From NCBI GenBank assembly GCA_965153285.1, contig OZ229116.1: DNA of 64,000 nucleotides; one strand, given 5' to 3'. Position numbers and translations under genes: made by a program. A model generated the notes under the pieces. The model was not told where the DNA came from. It did no database searches and saw only the letters and a program-made list of their open reading frames with translations. Of this stretch, positions 37,006 through 49,068 are shown one piece after another. Within the stretch, counting starts at the first letter, position 1, and every line of letters begins with the position of its first letter. This DNA comes from Podarcis tiliguerta (Eukaryota).

Positions 37006-37152
37006 GATCACATACCTCCAAACCATCCAACATTTCTATGATGAAAATAGAGGCATCCTAAGGAAAAAACGGGACATTCAAGGATGAAATCAGAAACCGG
37101 GATGGCTTCTGTAAATCCGGGACTGTCACTGGAAAATAGGGACACTTGGAGG

Positions 37153-37387
37153 AGGAGGAGGAGTTTGGTTTTGATATCCCGCTTTATCACTACCCGAAGG
37201 AGTCTCAAAGCGGCTCACATTCTCCTTTCCCTTCCTCCCCCACAACAAACACTCTGTGAGGTGAGTGGGGCTGAGAGACTTCAGAGAAGTGTGACTAGCC
37301 CAAGGTCACCCAGCAGCTGCATGTGGAGGAGCGGGGAATCGAACCCGGTTCCCCAGATTATGAGTCCATCGCTCTTAACCACTACAC
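37153..37387 (-). mobile_element. tRNA-derived SINE (Squam3/CORE-like)
   Basis: Minus-strand A box (gtggtgtagtggtt) and B box (ggttcgattcc), CORE-like gtgaccttgggc, trinucleotide tail; TSD CACTTGGAGG at 37143-37152 and 37388-37397. Confidence 0.85.
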
Positions 37388-38559
37388 CACTTGGAGGGTC
37401 TGCTATACCAAGGCGTGGCACCCACACTTTAAATATTGTGCAGGCCACTGTCCAATATGTCAATTGGTCCTCGGTCTAATATGTTAATCGGTCCTCAGTC
37501 ATGGTGTGTTTTCCTTAAGTCACTATCTTTTTAAAAGAGTCATTTTTAGACTCGTGCTCCATCAGATCCACCGAGTCAAGCACTGGAATCTCCAGTTCTC
37601 TAGAGTTGAGGCAAGGCTTTTTCTCAGCTCTCCCATCTTAAGAGTTTGAGCTTGTGTCTTTCTGCCTGCAAGGCATGTGCTCTACCACCAACCTGTGGCC
37701 TCTCCTGGCCTAATAAAATGAGGACATTTTCAGTAGAGTTGTTCTGATCTCTGACATGGTGTTGGTCTGTGTATGTTTTAAGTCAGCAATTTAACATAAA
37801 TACAGTGGAACGAAAAGTTGCTCTTTTGATGTGGGACTCTTTACAAGGGTGGCGGCGGGGCTGGGGGGGTTGCCACGATGTCACACACTGATAAGATTTA
37901 ATCAGTTAAGATTACAGGCCCATCTTCTGTACTACAATTTTTCAAAATCCCCTTCCCCCGCACCTCTGCACATACGGCCCCTTCTTAATCCACTGTGTGC
38001 ACCAGACAGCCTGGATAAGAGCTCAGAGTGGATAATATCATTTTGCTTTCTCCCAGCTCTATGATGCTATCAAGCAATGACTGTGCTTTTAATTAAGAAG
38101 AAGACTCCTAACATGCCAGACAAATATGTGCAGTAAATCTATTTTGGTGCTATCTGGAAAGCAGCAGTGAACTAGCTGAGATCTCGAAGCCAACTCTTGG
38201 CCTTTGTGGCCCTTGTTGTCCCTTTGCATCTTTAGATCTGTGGGAATGCTCTGATTTGCTGGCAAGTGGGTTATACCATATCTCCAGTGATTTTTTTTTC
38301 CCAGTGCCTTTTACTGAGACAAGGAAAGGAGAGGCTAAGACCCCACTGTCTCATGATGTGGAGCCTTGTAGCCCACAAGTTCAGCAATTATGACCACTAC
38401 GATATTACATCTATATTCTGCTGTCATTGTCCCAGCTGGTTTATGGGAACTAGTCCCTGCCCAGAAAGACTACAGCACAGATTAGATAACCAGACTCCTA
38501 TATAACCTAATAGTGGATTTAATCTCCCAATGCCAGTCCTTCTGAGATGAGGAGTTCAT

Positions 38560-38900
38560 CTCAATATGCTCAGGAGAATCCCAAGGTTTGCAAAAACAGA
38601 AAAGATATGGAAGAGCGGGGAGGAACATAAGGAGACAACTCCCCCACCCCACCCCCAAAAAATAGGAAAAACAGCCCAATAATTGTGTATGTCCAACAGC
38701 CACAGAATGATGCATGTCTATTGGGAGAAAACAGGTCAAGGGGAAATGGAGTCTCCCAGAAGGAGGAATGACTGGCACTAGAACAGAAGCATTCCATGCG
38801 GCAACATTTTGATACAGGTCCCATTTGCATTTCTCCATGCCAAGGTGGCCTTCATGCACCTGTTTCAGCATCTCTTCTTTTAGAGAACTATACATGTTAC
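38560..38900 (-). pseudogene. Ancient Gypsy-type integrase fragment
   Basis: SLKEEMLKQVHEGHLGMEKCK matches the Gypsy integrase HHCC region (xxHEGHLGxEKCK); decayed DLF, CFSYF and VFANLGI motifs follow downstream. Confidence 0.6.
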
Positions 38901-39096
38901 CAGGCTGCCCCACTGCAGGCAAACCAACCAATTGGGAATGGGTATTGAGGACTGGGCAGTGAGGGGCCTGTCATTAGGTCTCGTAAACATGACCTCACTC
39001 CCCTTCTTCACACAGTTACCATTGCTTCTTTCTGAACACATGACTAGGGATTCAGCTAAACAGCTGCAAATAAAACGTTTTAAGTGTGTTGTAAAG

Positions 39097-39130
39097 TGCA
39101 ATACACAAATGTGACACTAGATGGCGACAG
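39097..39130 (+). promoter_or_regulatory. Candidate CTCF site with upstream motif
   Basis: Core TGACACTAGATGGCGACAG preceded by TGCAATAC at the spacing expected for the upstream module. Confidence 0.55.
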
Positions 39131-42100
39131 TGAGCTATGGCAAATTCAATGTATTTTTCAAATTGTTTTTTTAAAAAAGCATTTTCACAGCATTTTTTTA
39201 TATATATGTGTGTAGATTCCACCTGGGGGTCCTATGCCTCTTGTGGTTAATCATTCTATACTTAATAGCCACACTACAGCAGCTCCAAGATTTCACATAT
39301 CACCTTTGTTTCCATTTTACAGATGGGGAGCTGATGTTGAATGAAAGTAGCTTGCTGAAAGCTCAACAAGGAGTCTGTGGCAGAGCCCTAGGTCTCCCAA
39401 ATTAAAACACATCTTCCTTCCAGAAAAAGAAAACCAAGAAGTGGGCATGAAGAAGATAAGGGAACAAATGAAGCTGCTAAAAGCTGCTTGAGAGGGAGTT
39501 ATGACAGCAAGCAATGAAAATAATTTCTGTGATATATATTGTGAATACATCAGGTCAGAGAAATACGGCTTAGAAATGCAAGTTTAGTATCCAGTTGGAA
39601 CATTCCAGCATATTTTTCTCAAAAAAAAAAATTCTGTTACAGTTCACACCATGTATAAACCACTGTTTCCTTTGTATAAGAAGAAAAACCAAAACTGACT
39701 TAGTGGCTTCAGATGCTTTTATATAACCCTATAATTTTTAAAGCCCTTTGTTTCATAAAATGAAATTATGTAGGCAATTAGTCTATACTGTGCACTAACC
39801 CCTGTTAGGCTTTGGCTAGGAAAAGGAATTCAAAAGAGCAGGGTTATTTCATCTTTAAAAACATGTTATTGTGCATGCCCAGTAAGTTCTTCATCAAAAA
39901 TGTATTTATTAGGTTTACTGCAGAAATGAATTGCTCTGTTAGCCTTTCCGCCTAATGATGCCAGAAACATGAAATGATAGAACACTGTGAGTAACGACTC
40001 AATCCATAACAGCATAATTGGGCCCACTTTAGGAACTGGGGGGGGATGCGTTCTTCACAAGAATACAAGTAGGAACTCTTTCTCCTATAGTCACCCGTAT
40101 GTAATCAGGGACTGAACAGGATTGTATATTAATGACCCTCCAGAACAAAGGCTTCATGTGAGCCAGCACTTGCCTCAGAACTTGTTCCTAAAGCCACAAT
40201 ATAACGGAAACTTTTTAAATGTTCTTATCTATATCATGTCCATCCCATCTTCTCTCAAAAGCAGTTCAGAGGGTTTATCCTATTTTTCCACCTCACAACA
40301 ACCGCATGACGTAGGCTAGGCTGAAAAGTAGCAGGTAGCTCCTGATCACTTCATCAGATATGGGACTAAACCGGGATTTGGAACCTACATCTTATTGACC
40401 AAAGTCCTGCACTCTATTTAATATATTCCAATGAGAGTGCCCTTTAAGCATATGCAAACTGCTTTCCTTCAACAATGAGAAATCAACCTCCACATATATG
40501 GGATGAAGGAGAAGGGTTTTCAAGTTAAGCTCTCTCTGCTGAGGGAACCCTGTCAGTATTGGCACTCCATCAGCGATTGAAAGCACATCTGTTTAGATAA
40601 GCATTCCCCAGATCTCCTGACTTGAACCTCCTGATTTAAATTGTTTAATTGCTGTTTCAACTTTTCTTTAATTGTTGTGATGTCTTAATTGTGAATGTTA
40701 TATTTTAACATTTTTATGGAATTGTTTTTAGTGCATGTTAATTGTGTATAATAGGTTTTATACTTGTCAACTGCTTAGAAGCCATCTTGACAATGAAGTT
40801 GTACATGGATTTGGACTCTTGCTCTTTTTCTCTTCCCACACAGAGTCCGAGTGTTCTTGTTTCACAAAAACAGAAGGCCAGTAACCTCCTCTTAGAACTC
40901 GTACCAGTTTTATAGCTTCTTCTTCTCAAGGTCTTTCTCCCTCCTCCTTCAGTTTTACTTGTCCCTACACATCTGGGTAACAGTTGGGCTTTATGTTTGC
41001 AAAAATGGAGGTGCAGGCATTGGCCCTTTAATCCCAGGATCTCAAATTGGTTTTACAAGAGTCTGTGAGTTTCTTAGACCTGTGGAGTATTGGGAGCAGT
41101 TGAGCCTCAGAATGTTAGAATATCACTTGGAAGGGTAAAAAAGAATGTGCAATGGGACAGAAGAAATTGACCTGCTCAAGCCCCTAAAATTTTATACGAA
41201 GCATTATGGGAGGGATACAATTTGGGGATGCCTCCAATACACTATTGGAGAATTTCTCCTCCCCCTGAGGAGTATTTGGCAAAATATTCCCCTCCAATTT
41301 TGCAGACTGCAAATAAAATGGAGAATTTTCCCACAGCCATGAGATCATGATGGATGGCTTCAGTATGGTCCCATTTAAAGGTGCCACAAGAAAAATTTGT
41401 CCCACTGGGTAGGATCTGCACAGTAGAGCCACATCCACAACAGTGCTGGTCTATATGCACAGAGTCACCTTTTAAATGTGGTTTCATGGACCAGCTGAAA
41501 AGGTCAGTGCCCTTTGTGCATTAGCAGCAATTTCAATTTGGCCTGGGTGGTTTCCGTAAAGTTTTTTTTCCATTTTACATTCACCTTCCATTTCTGCAAT
41601 ACTGTTCTCTACTCCCAGTCCACAGCTCTGAATGGGCAAAAACTTGTCAATAAATTTGGGGAACAAGGTCATGTGTTGCAAAGGAAATCAGTGTGTTCAA
41701 AACTGCTAATACTAACCGTTATTCTGTTAGACTGCTGCACCCCCCCTGATGCTTCTGTTTCAGATTAGCTCAGGAGTATTATACAGGCTTTCCCTGATGT
41801 GTTAATGCTTCTCAAGTATACTTCTCACACTACTACAGATTGAGCATAAATGACATTCTGTGTCTGAGCTCTGTTTATTTTGGCCTTCCCCACACATTCA
41901 TCCAAGCACTGTAATAAAATAATAGCTAGTATGAAATAATAACAGAGCAGAGCAGGTGGCGGGAATCAAGCTACATGGCCTATTCGTGATTTTGGGTTCT
42001 GCCAACAACACCTGAAATTCCAAGAGCAAAATGCACTCCATAATTACAGGTGTCAGTGGAGGGCAGAGCTCTTGAGAGATACTCAGGAAAACCCAAGCCA

Positions 42101-43807
42101 ATCATTTTCCTCTTCAGCTCAAAGCTACTCAGAGTGCATGTTCTCTTTTAACACATTCCAGGCACAGGAGCTGGGAGGTTTTGGTGTACCTTTCACAGCT
42201 ATTAAGTGCCAGTCTACAAGGTGTTTTTATTTTTCATATTTAAAGCCTCTTATTTTCTGCATTCTTTTTGAAGTAGCAGCTTTTCATGAAATGGGGAAAG
42301 GCAGGTCTTGATAAATGCATGGTGGATATTGCCTGACGGTATTTAATTTGTGCTATGCTAGGAGCTTGCTTGATTTTCCTTAATTTGGCTTTACTGCAGC
42401 TGATGGCGGCCTCTGATGTTATTTTGTGGGAGGAGTCTCAGAAAGTACACATGCATTTGTGTGTTTGTGTACCCATACACTAGGGATGGGAGAATCTGCC
42501 AATTTCAGTTTCTCTCAGTATCTCATTTTTCAATCTTATCTTCTCACCACTTTTTCACAGGAGTTTGTGATTTCTTTTAGAAAAACATGAAAATTCATCA
42601 GCATTTCAGTGCTAATTGCTCCTAATATACACATTTGTGTGAAATTTCTCCTAATGCACACATTTTTGCAAAACAATTTCACCTAACATAATGTATTTTA
42701 TATTCACTAATGTGTGCATTTTCATGCAGACGTTACCTCAGTATATGCATTTTTATATACATTACTTGCCGGAGAACTGCACTGCAAAATTCAAAGATGT
42801 GTGAATTTCAAAGGATGGCTGTGTATCAGTTCTTATATTGTTTTCAGTAAGTGAAAATTAGGTAGTTTCACCTTTAAATGTGAACTGAATCAATTTTTTC
42901 AACATGCTTAGCATGCACGCTAATGTATGTCTTCATTTTCCAAAAGCCTTGTGAACTACAAGTTGAATACCAGTCTTAGGGATCATAGCTGTTGACAACA
43001 ATTTTTTTTTAAAATGCAGTTTAAATACCAGAATAAAGTATCTAATTAAAACCATTAGAGAAAATAAATTATTAAAATTATTTCACTCCTGCTTAACAAT
43101 AAAATTCAGCCAAATATTCTTGGGCTCTGCTTTTCAACAACTTCTAAGAGAATGGGAGTTCAACAGCTGAAACAGGCACTGGGAATGCTTTTCAGCTTGG
43201 TGTCGTGATTCACACTTGGCTTACAAAAGCTGCATGCAAGAAGAGACTAGGAGTGACATTCATATGGCATGAAATAAAGGGGCAAACCAATACCACCGAT
43301 ACGTGTCCTTTAAACAATTTCTTCTCGCAGTTCTTGACAAATTTGAGACATTAGGGAAGGGTGAGATCTGCTCCCTGAAATTGATGGTCACTCCTCAAAC
43401 CTGTTCCTTGATTTCTATAGCCCCATCGTGAGTTCTGTTCCCTAGACAGGCTCAAGTGTGACAGGGTGTTGGGAACCGGCAGGCAGAGGTGGGATCCAAA
43501 ATTCACTGCACGGCAGAGGGGCCATCTTCTAAAAAAAAAAGAAACAACCATTGAGGGGGCTGACGTGATGTCCTGACATCACACGCACAACATTGCATGA
43601 CGTCCTGATATGTGTGTGACATCGCATGTCCTGATGTTGTGCACACGGCATCCTGATGTTGCTCTGCACCCGTCTTCATGCTCACCCTGAACAATGATGG
43701 ATGGCCCCCTGAAAAAAAATTGAGGAGGCTGAAAGTGTTTTGGCCCCTAGGACATGGTGACATGGCATACCTGAGATGTTGGAAAGGAAGGTGTGCCTGA
43801 CTAGTGA

Positions 43808-44008
43808 AGGGGCATAGGTCAATGATATAGCATCTGTGTTGTATGCAGAAGGCCCCAAGTTTAATCATCAGCATCTCTAGATAGGGACAAGAATATCCCT
43901 TCTCTGAAACCCTGATCAGCCACTGCCAGACAGCATAGACCACACTAAGCTAAGCTAGATGCAACAATGATCTTACTCGGTGTAAGGCAGCTTCCCGCAT
44001 TCCTATGT
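43808..44008 (+). mobile_element. Old tRNA-derived SINE (related decayed copies near 37540-37700, 46410-46580, 53075-53210 and 61810-61985, all minus strand)
   Basis: Decayed tRNA-like head (tgtatgcagaaggccccaagtttaatc) and shared body/tail (ctgaaaccctg...ctgccag...aaggcagcttcc). Confidence 0.6.
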
Positions 44009-45277
44009 AACTCTGATAAGATGCCCAAATCATCTAAGCCTTGTGTGGCTATATCAACAATCCAGAAACAGCAGGCACCTCAACAGTCTGGGATGTCTTG
44101 ATTGTATAACAACTCCTTGCAGTATTAATCCTACCCAACCTACCCAGTACACCTTGAGCAAAAGTGTTTTATTATCTTCTTAATACAACAGGCAGGAGAC
44201 TAATGTTTTAAGTGATTAAATGGTCACCTAAGGGTCACAAAGGAAGACTATGCCTGGAAGAGAATTAAATCCTAGGTTCTAACCAAGGAATCCTTTCTTC
44301 CCTTGCCGGATAGAAAGACAAGGAAACATGCCCAACGTCTAACTTTCCCCCAGTTTATTTCCATATAGCTCGCTGCAGACTGTGATGACCTTCTAGCCTG
44401 CTGTTTTCTGAGCTTTGACAGAAACCAGATATGTTCGGTAAACATTGTGATGTGGTCAGCTAGAAAATATGCAGCGTATATATTCCTTTATCAGAAGGTT
44501 CCCCCCCCCCGCCCCAAACTACTTTGCAATGTAACATGCCTTGGAGAGAGTATGTTTGTTTTGCCAAGATGTTCTATGAGTGTATTTTGTGATTACTATG
44601 TAATCTCTTTGTAAAGATAGAACGTCATCCAGAACAGTGAGACATTCTGGTGGACAGCCATATGTGCTACAAGGCTTAAGCAAGATAGGACATGGGGGAA
44701 CGTGTCTGCTTTTATGAGCTTGCAGGAGTCTGCTGGACTGCCATTTGGCATTGGGACCTCATGCTGTTAATCAAATTCAGTTTTGTGGTGGTTCAAGAGT
44801 TGCAATGCTGGGGTGGTGTGCCTGTGGCCCTTTAGGAGTTGCTGGACTCCAACTCCCCACCACCACCATCCCCAGCCAGGATAGCCAATTATCAGGGATG
44901 GTTGGAGTTGTTGGACTACAATTCCCATCAGCCCCAGCCAGCATGGCCCAATTGTCAGGTATGATGGGTATTGTAGTCAACAACATCCGGTGACCCAAGT
45001 TTGGGAGAAGCTGCTGTAGAATATAGTATTACAAAATGGGGGCTTCTGTTATTTCTCCCAGGCTTTTAAAAAAAAAAACTAAGCAAAATTTGTTTATCAG
45101 CTAACATTCTGGGGAGAGCTGTGAATAGGTAGGATGTAAATAATATCCTTTCTGTAAAAGGAAGCTGCCATAATAAACATAGAGATATTTATAGCTATTT
45201 GTTTTGCATGTCGCAACCGTATGGTCTAATTCAGTATTATGCACATGTATTTTCTTTCACCTTCTTCAATGTAGACA

Positions 45278-45279
<2 letters not shown>

Positions 45280-45317
<38 letters not shown>

Positions 45318-45329
45318 TGTGTGTGTGTG
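45280..45329. repeat. (TG)n microsatellite with one interruption
   Basis: Direct reading. Confidence 0.95.
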
Positions 45330-47320
45330 GCTTATGGGCAGCTGTAAACATGCAACTTACAGAAAGTCGGAATTTTCCACTACTGGCAGACACTGGTCAA
45401 ATCTGCTTACTTGATCTCTGAGTGAATTCAGTTTTTAGGCCACATATATAGAATTACAAGCTGGGAGTCAACAAATAGTTTGATACACTGGTTGCAAAGG
45501 AAAGAAGGGCTTCTTTTTTCAAAAAAGCATAAGGCCTAAACATTTCATAGACAAAACATAGACAGATAACCCAAACAGGAATACAGTGGTAGTGTCAAAA
45601 AGCATGATTTTTTTTATTTTAAAAAAATCCAGTTTACTTTACATTGCTGGTACACACCCAGTTCTTGTAAACTGGATGAGGGATTTTCAGTTTTAAACAT
45701 AGCAGGTGATTTGTCTCTTTGAGTTTGCTTATTCTGCAATTCAGTATGCCTGTTGCTAGGTGCTCATTTTTGGAGACCTTTTGCAATCAGGTCTCCATCA
45801 GGAGAAAAATAACACAGTTTTTATTTATCACATATTTTAAACAACACAAGAGCATAGAAAGAAAACATTCAACATGCAACAGAGACTCCTATATTTTTGA
45901 CATTGACATGGATCTCCATCCCACCCATTCAATTTTAGATACAATAAAATTTGAAGATGTGGACTGAGCGGTATAGAGCAGTGGCTACACAATGGTGAAG
46001 GATCTAGTATAAACTCATTAGATGGCTCAGGGAAGCCGCTGTCTCTTAGATTCCTCATCAGCAATATGGGCATAACAATACTAATTTGAAGAGTTGTCAT
46101 ATTGACATAATGAAGCAAAAACTATTATGAACATACAAAGTTTCCTTACATGGTTTAAAACCATTGGTCCTGAACTATAGGTGAACTCTTTAATCACTTA
46201 ATACATTCATTTTCTGCCTCTAATAAAACCCTGCCTCTCAACGTGGACTGGTACAGCGGGCGGGTAGAGTGAAATTAATACACTAAGGTTTTATTATGCA
46301 CTTGAGACATCCCAGGCAGTTGACGTGGCTGCTGATTCCGGGTTGCTATTATAACAACATGATGCTAAGATGAGTTAGTTATCATATCAAAGTTCAATGG
46401 GGAAAAGCTTTATACCGTGCCAGACTACCCACCCATCTCTCTTGGTACTGACCTCACTGACTGGCAATAGCTACCTAGAATTTCAGGCAGGGGGCATTTC
46501 GAACCCTACCTGGAAATGCCAGGGATTCAACCTCAGACGTTCTGTATGCAAAGCATGCACTCTACCACTGAGATCCATCGCTACGCCATCCCATAAAAGC
46601 AAAGTATTTATGCAGGAAGAAGCTTGAGAATTTGATATGGATATTGAGAAACTGCTTTGCTGAGTCTCTTTTATATAATATGTTTTGCGGTTGAACTTTC
46701 AGTGGGGTGAATGTTTGGTTGTTGCGGATGTTTTATTGGCCTTAAGTTTGGACTGTTGATTTAATTGACTGTAAACCATCTTGATATCATGTGAGGAAGG
46801 GCTGGGTAGAAAAAGCTGAAACAAACAAATAAATGTAGGCAGAACAAAGAGACAGTGTTGAGCTCATTTCAGAAACATAAAATGGGGAAACTCACAGAAA
46901 AGTGGGGGAGAAGAAAGAGCACATAACAATATACCAGAATAAACGTAAATATGAGATAAGGAACACAAGTGTTATGTATTAAATTTACAATCATACAAAC
47001 CTGGCTATAGTGATTTCTTTTCTAACAACAAAAGATCATGGCTGCAATTCTTTAAAATTAGTGATTTCTCCCCAGTGTCTAAAAATCAAGCTTCAGGTTT
47101 AAGCTACAGCAGTGGAACTGTCCATGGTCCTTGGGGCAAAATTGTTTTCCTGATCTACACAGGTAGACATTTGTGAACATGGATACTCCAGTCTGATGGT
47201 TTCCTTTTATCCCTAAGAATTGGGTCTGTTCAAAATAGACTAGCTGTAACAGTTCACATACCCATTGCAGATCTAGCTACAACAACTTTGGGGAGAGCCA
47301 TTGGAGCCCAGTTTGCATTA

Positions 47321-47565
47321 GAGAAGAAGAAGAAGAGTTTGGATTTGATATCCCGCTTTATCACTACCCTAAGGAGTCTCAAAGCGGCTAACATTCTCCT
47401 TTCCCTTCCTCCCCCACAACAAACACTCTGTGAGGTGAGTGAGGCTGAGAGACTTCAGAGAAGTGTGACTAGCCCAAGGTCACCCAGCAGCTGCATGTGG
47501 AGGAGCGGGGACGCGAACCCGGTTCACCAGATTACAAGTCTACCGCTCTTAACCACTACACCACC
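47321..47565 (-). mobile_element. tRNA-derived SINE, second copy of the 37153-37387 family
   Basis: Nearly identical to 37153-37387; (TTC)n tail on the minus strand. Confidence 0.85.
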
Positions 47566-48659
47566 CTGAAAAAGACTTGGCATTATAATAGATCTCAAGA
47601 ACTCCACTGACTTGTGCCTTAAAACTCCATTCCATGATGCTTCTCAGAAATGGTAATGCTTTCCCATGATGCTTTCAGTAAAATCATTGGGCAGACTTTG
47701 CTAGGGATACCCAATTTCATAAGGAATATGTTCTCCTGCCCCTTTTAGAGTTGTTCTTCTGCTCCAGTAATCATTTCATCCATCATAAAGGACTCAGTGT
47801 ATAGATGACTCTACACATTGGATATATTGCACTGAAAGCAAATGACTCTATACTCTATACAAACTGTGATCAAGGCCCTTGGATCTCATAACTGACCTTG
47901 CTAGAACCACAACCTCAGTAAGACCAGGCGGCACCACGGAAGATTGATCAGTTGTATCTGTTTACATTCACAGGATGTATTTTTGGGTTTTCTTACTGAC
48001 TTGCATTTGATATTACTACTTTCATTTGATCTCAGACAGCTTTAGCAAGTATTGTAGCTTTTCATTTACAGTTATTTACCCTTTCATTTGAACTTCAGTC
48101 TTCAAGAAAGAAAGAACATGCTTTGTTTTTAAATCTAGATGTCATGAGCTCTACTACCCATTTATAGCATAACAATGCAAAATGGAAACTTTCCCTTTAT
48201 GTTTAACCCACCATAAACTGTAACATAACATAACTACAAAGCTACAGCATAAACTGTTATGCAGGGTAAAGAAAGCAAAACTATCCAGTCATCTGTTTCA
48301 TACAAACTTACCACAGCTGAGTATGCTTTCGTGCTAATGGCATGTTTTGAACAATCATATTGATCATTTTGTTCATGTCATATTTACAAAAACACATAAG
48401 CCCATGTGCTGATTATATACAAGCTTTTCTGAAAAGCTATGCTATTTCTTTTTGAGAACTGTGGATTTAGAAAAATGGATACAGTACATCCTTAATATTT
48501 AAAATGGGAACTAGATAATTATGAAAGTGGATGAATGAGAATTCTGTTAACATGGAATCATATGCAGAGGTAATGAATCATTTTAAAAGTTGTGGTTTTT
48601 TGACACAGTTTATGACAACTTCAATGATTCAGGAAAATGTTAAAGCTAAAGCACATATG

Positions 48660-49068
48660 AAGATTTCTGTGGGATCAGACCAAAGGCCTATTGAAGTGAT
48701 TATTCTGTTTTCCACAGAGGCCAACTAGTTGCCTATAGAAAATCCACTAGTATGAAATGAGGGTGAAAACCCGTGCCACTATTGCTCTCCAGGAACTATA
48801 TTAAAAGACATGCTGATCCCGAAGGGAGCATATAGCCATCCTGATTAATAGACAAGGATACCTTTATCCTCCATCAATTTGTCTAGTCCCCTTTCAAAGT
48901 GGTCCAAATTAGTGCCCATCATTACATCTTGTGATAGTGAATTGCATTGTTCACGTACTCTGAACCTCTATCATAACCCCCCTCACTTGCCTTATTTTTC
49001 TAAACTAAAAACCCCCAAATGTTGCAACCTTTTCTCATAAGGGAGTTGGTCTATGTCCCTGATCATTA
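48660..49068 (-). mobile_element. CR1 LINE 3' fragment
   Basis: Reverse complement resembles the 16123-16450 CR1 end (ggactagacaaattgatggaggataa) plus upstream ORF2 sequence (ttatgagaaaaggttgcaacatttgggggtttttagtttagaaaaa). Confidence 0.7.

Noticed and set aside
37084-37479. Similar ORFs at 37084-37479 and 47288-47569
   Set aside because: Chance antisense frames through two copies of the same SINE.
44840-44990. Alternating repeats of caactcccatca / gggagttgtag
   Set aside because: Internal inverted repeats of a common lizard MITE-like family also seen near 4690-4790 and 19860-19920; not CRISPR-like, with no unique spacers.
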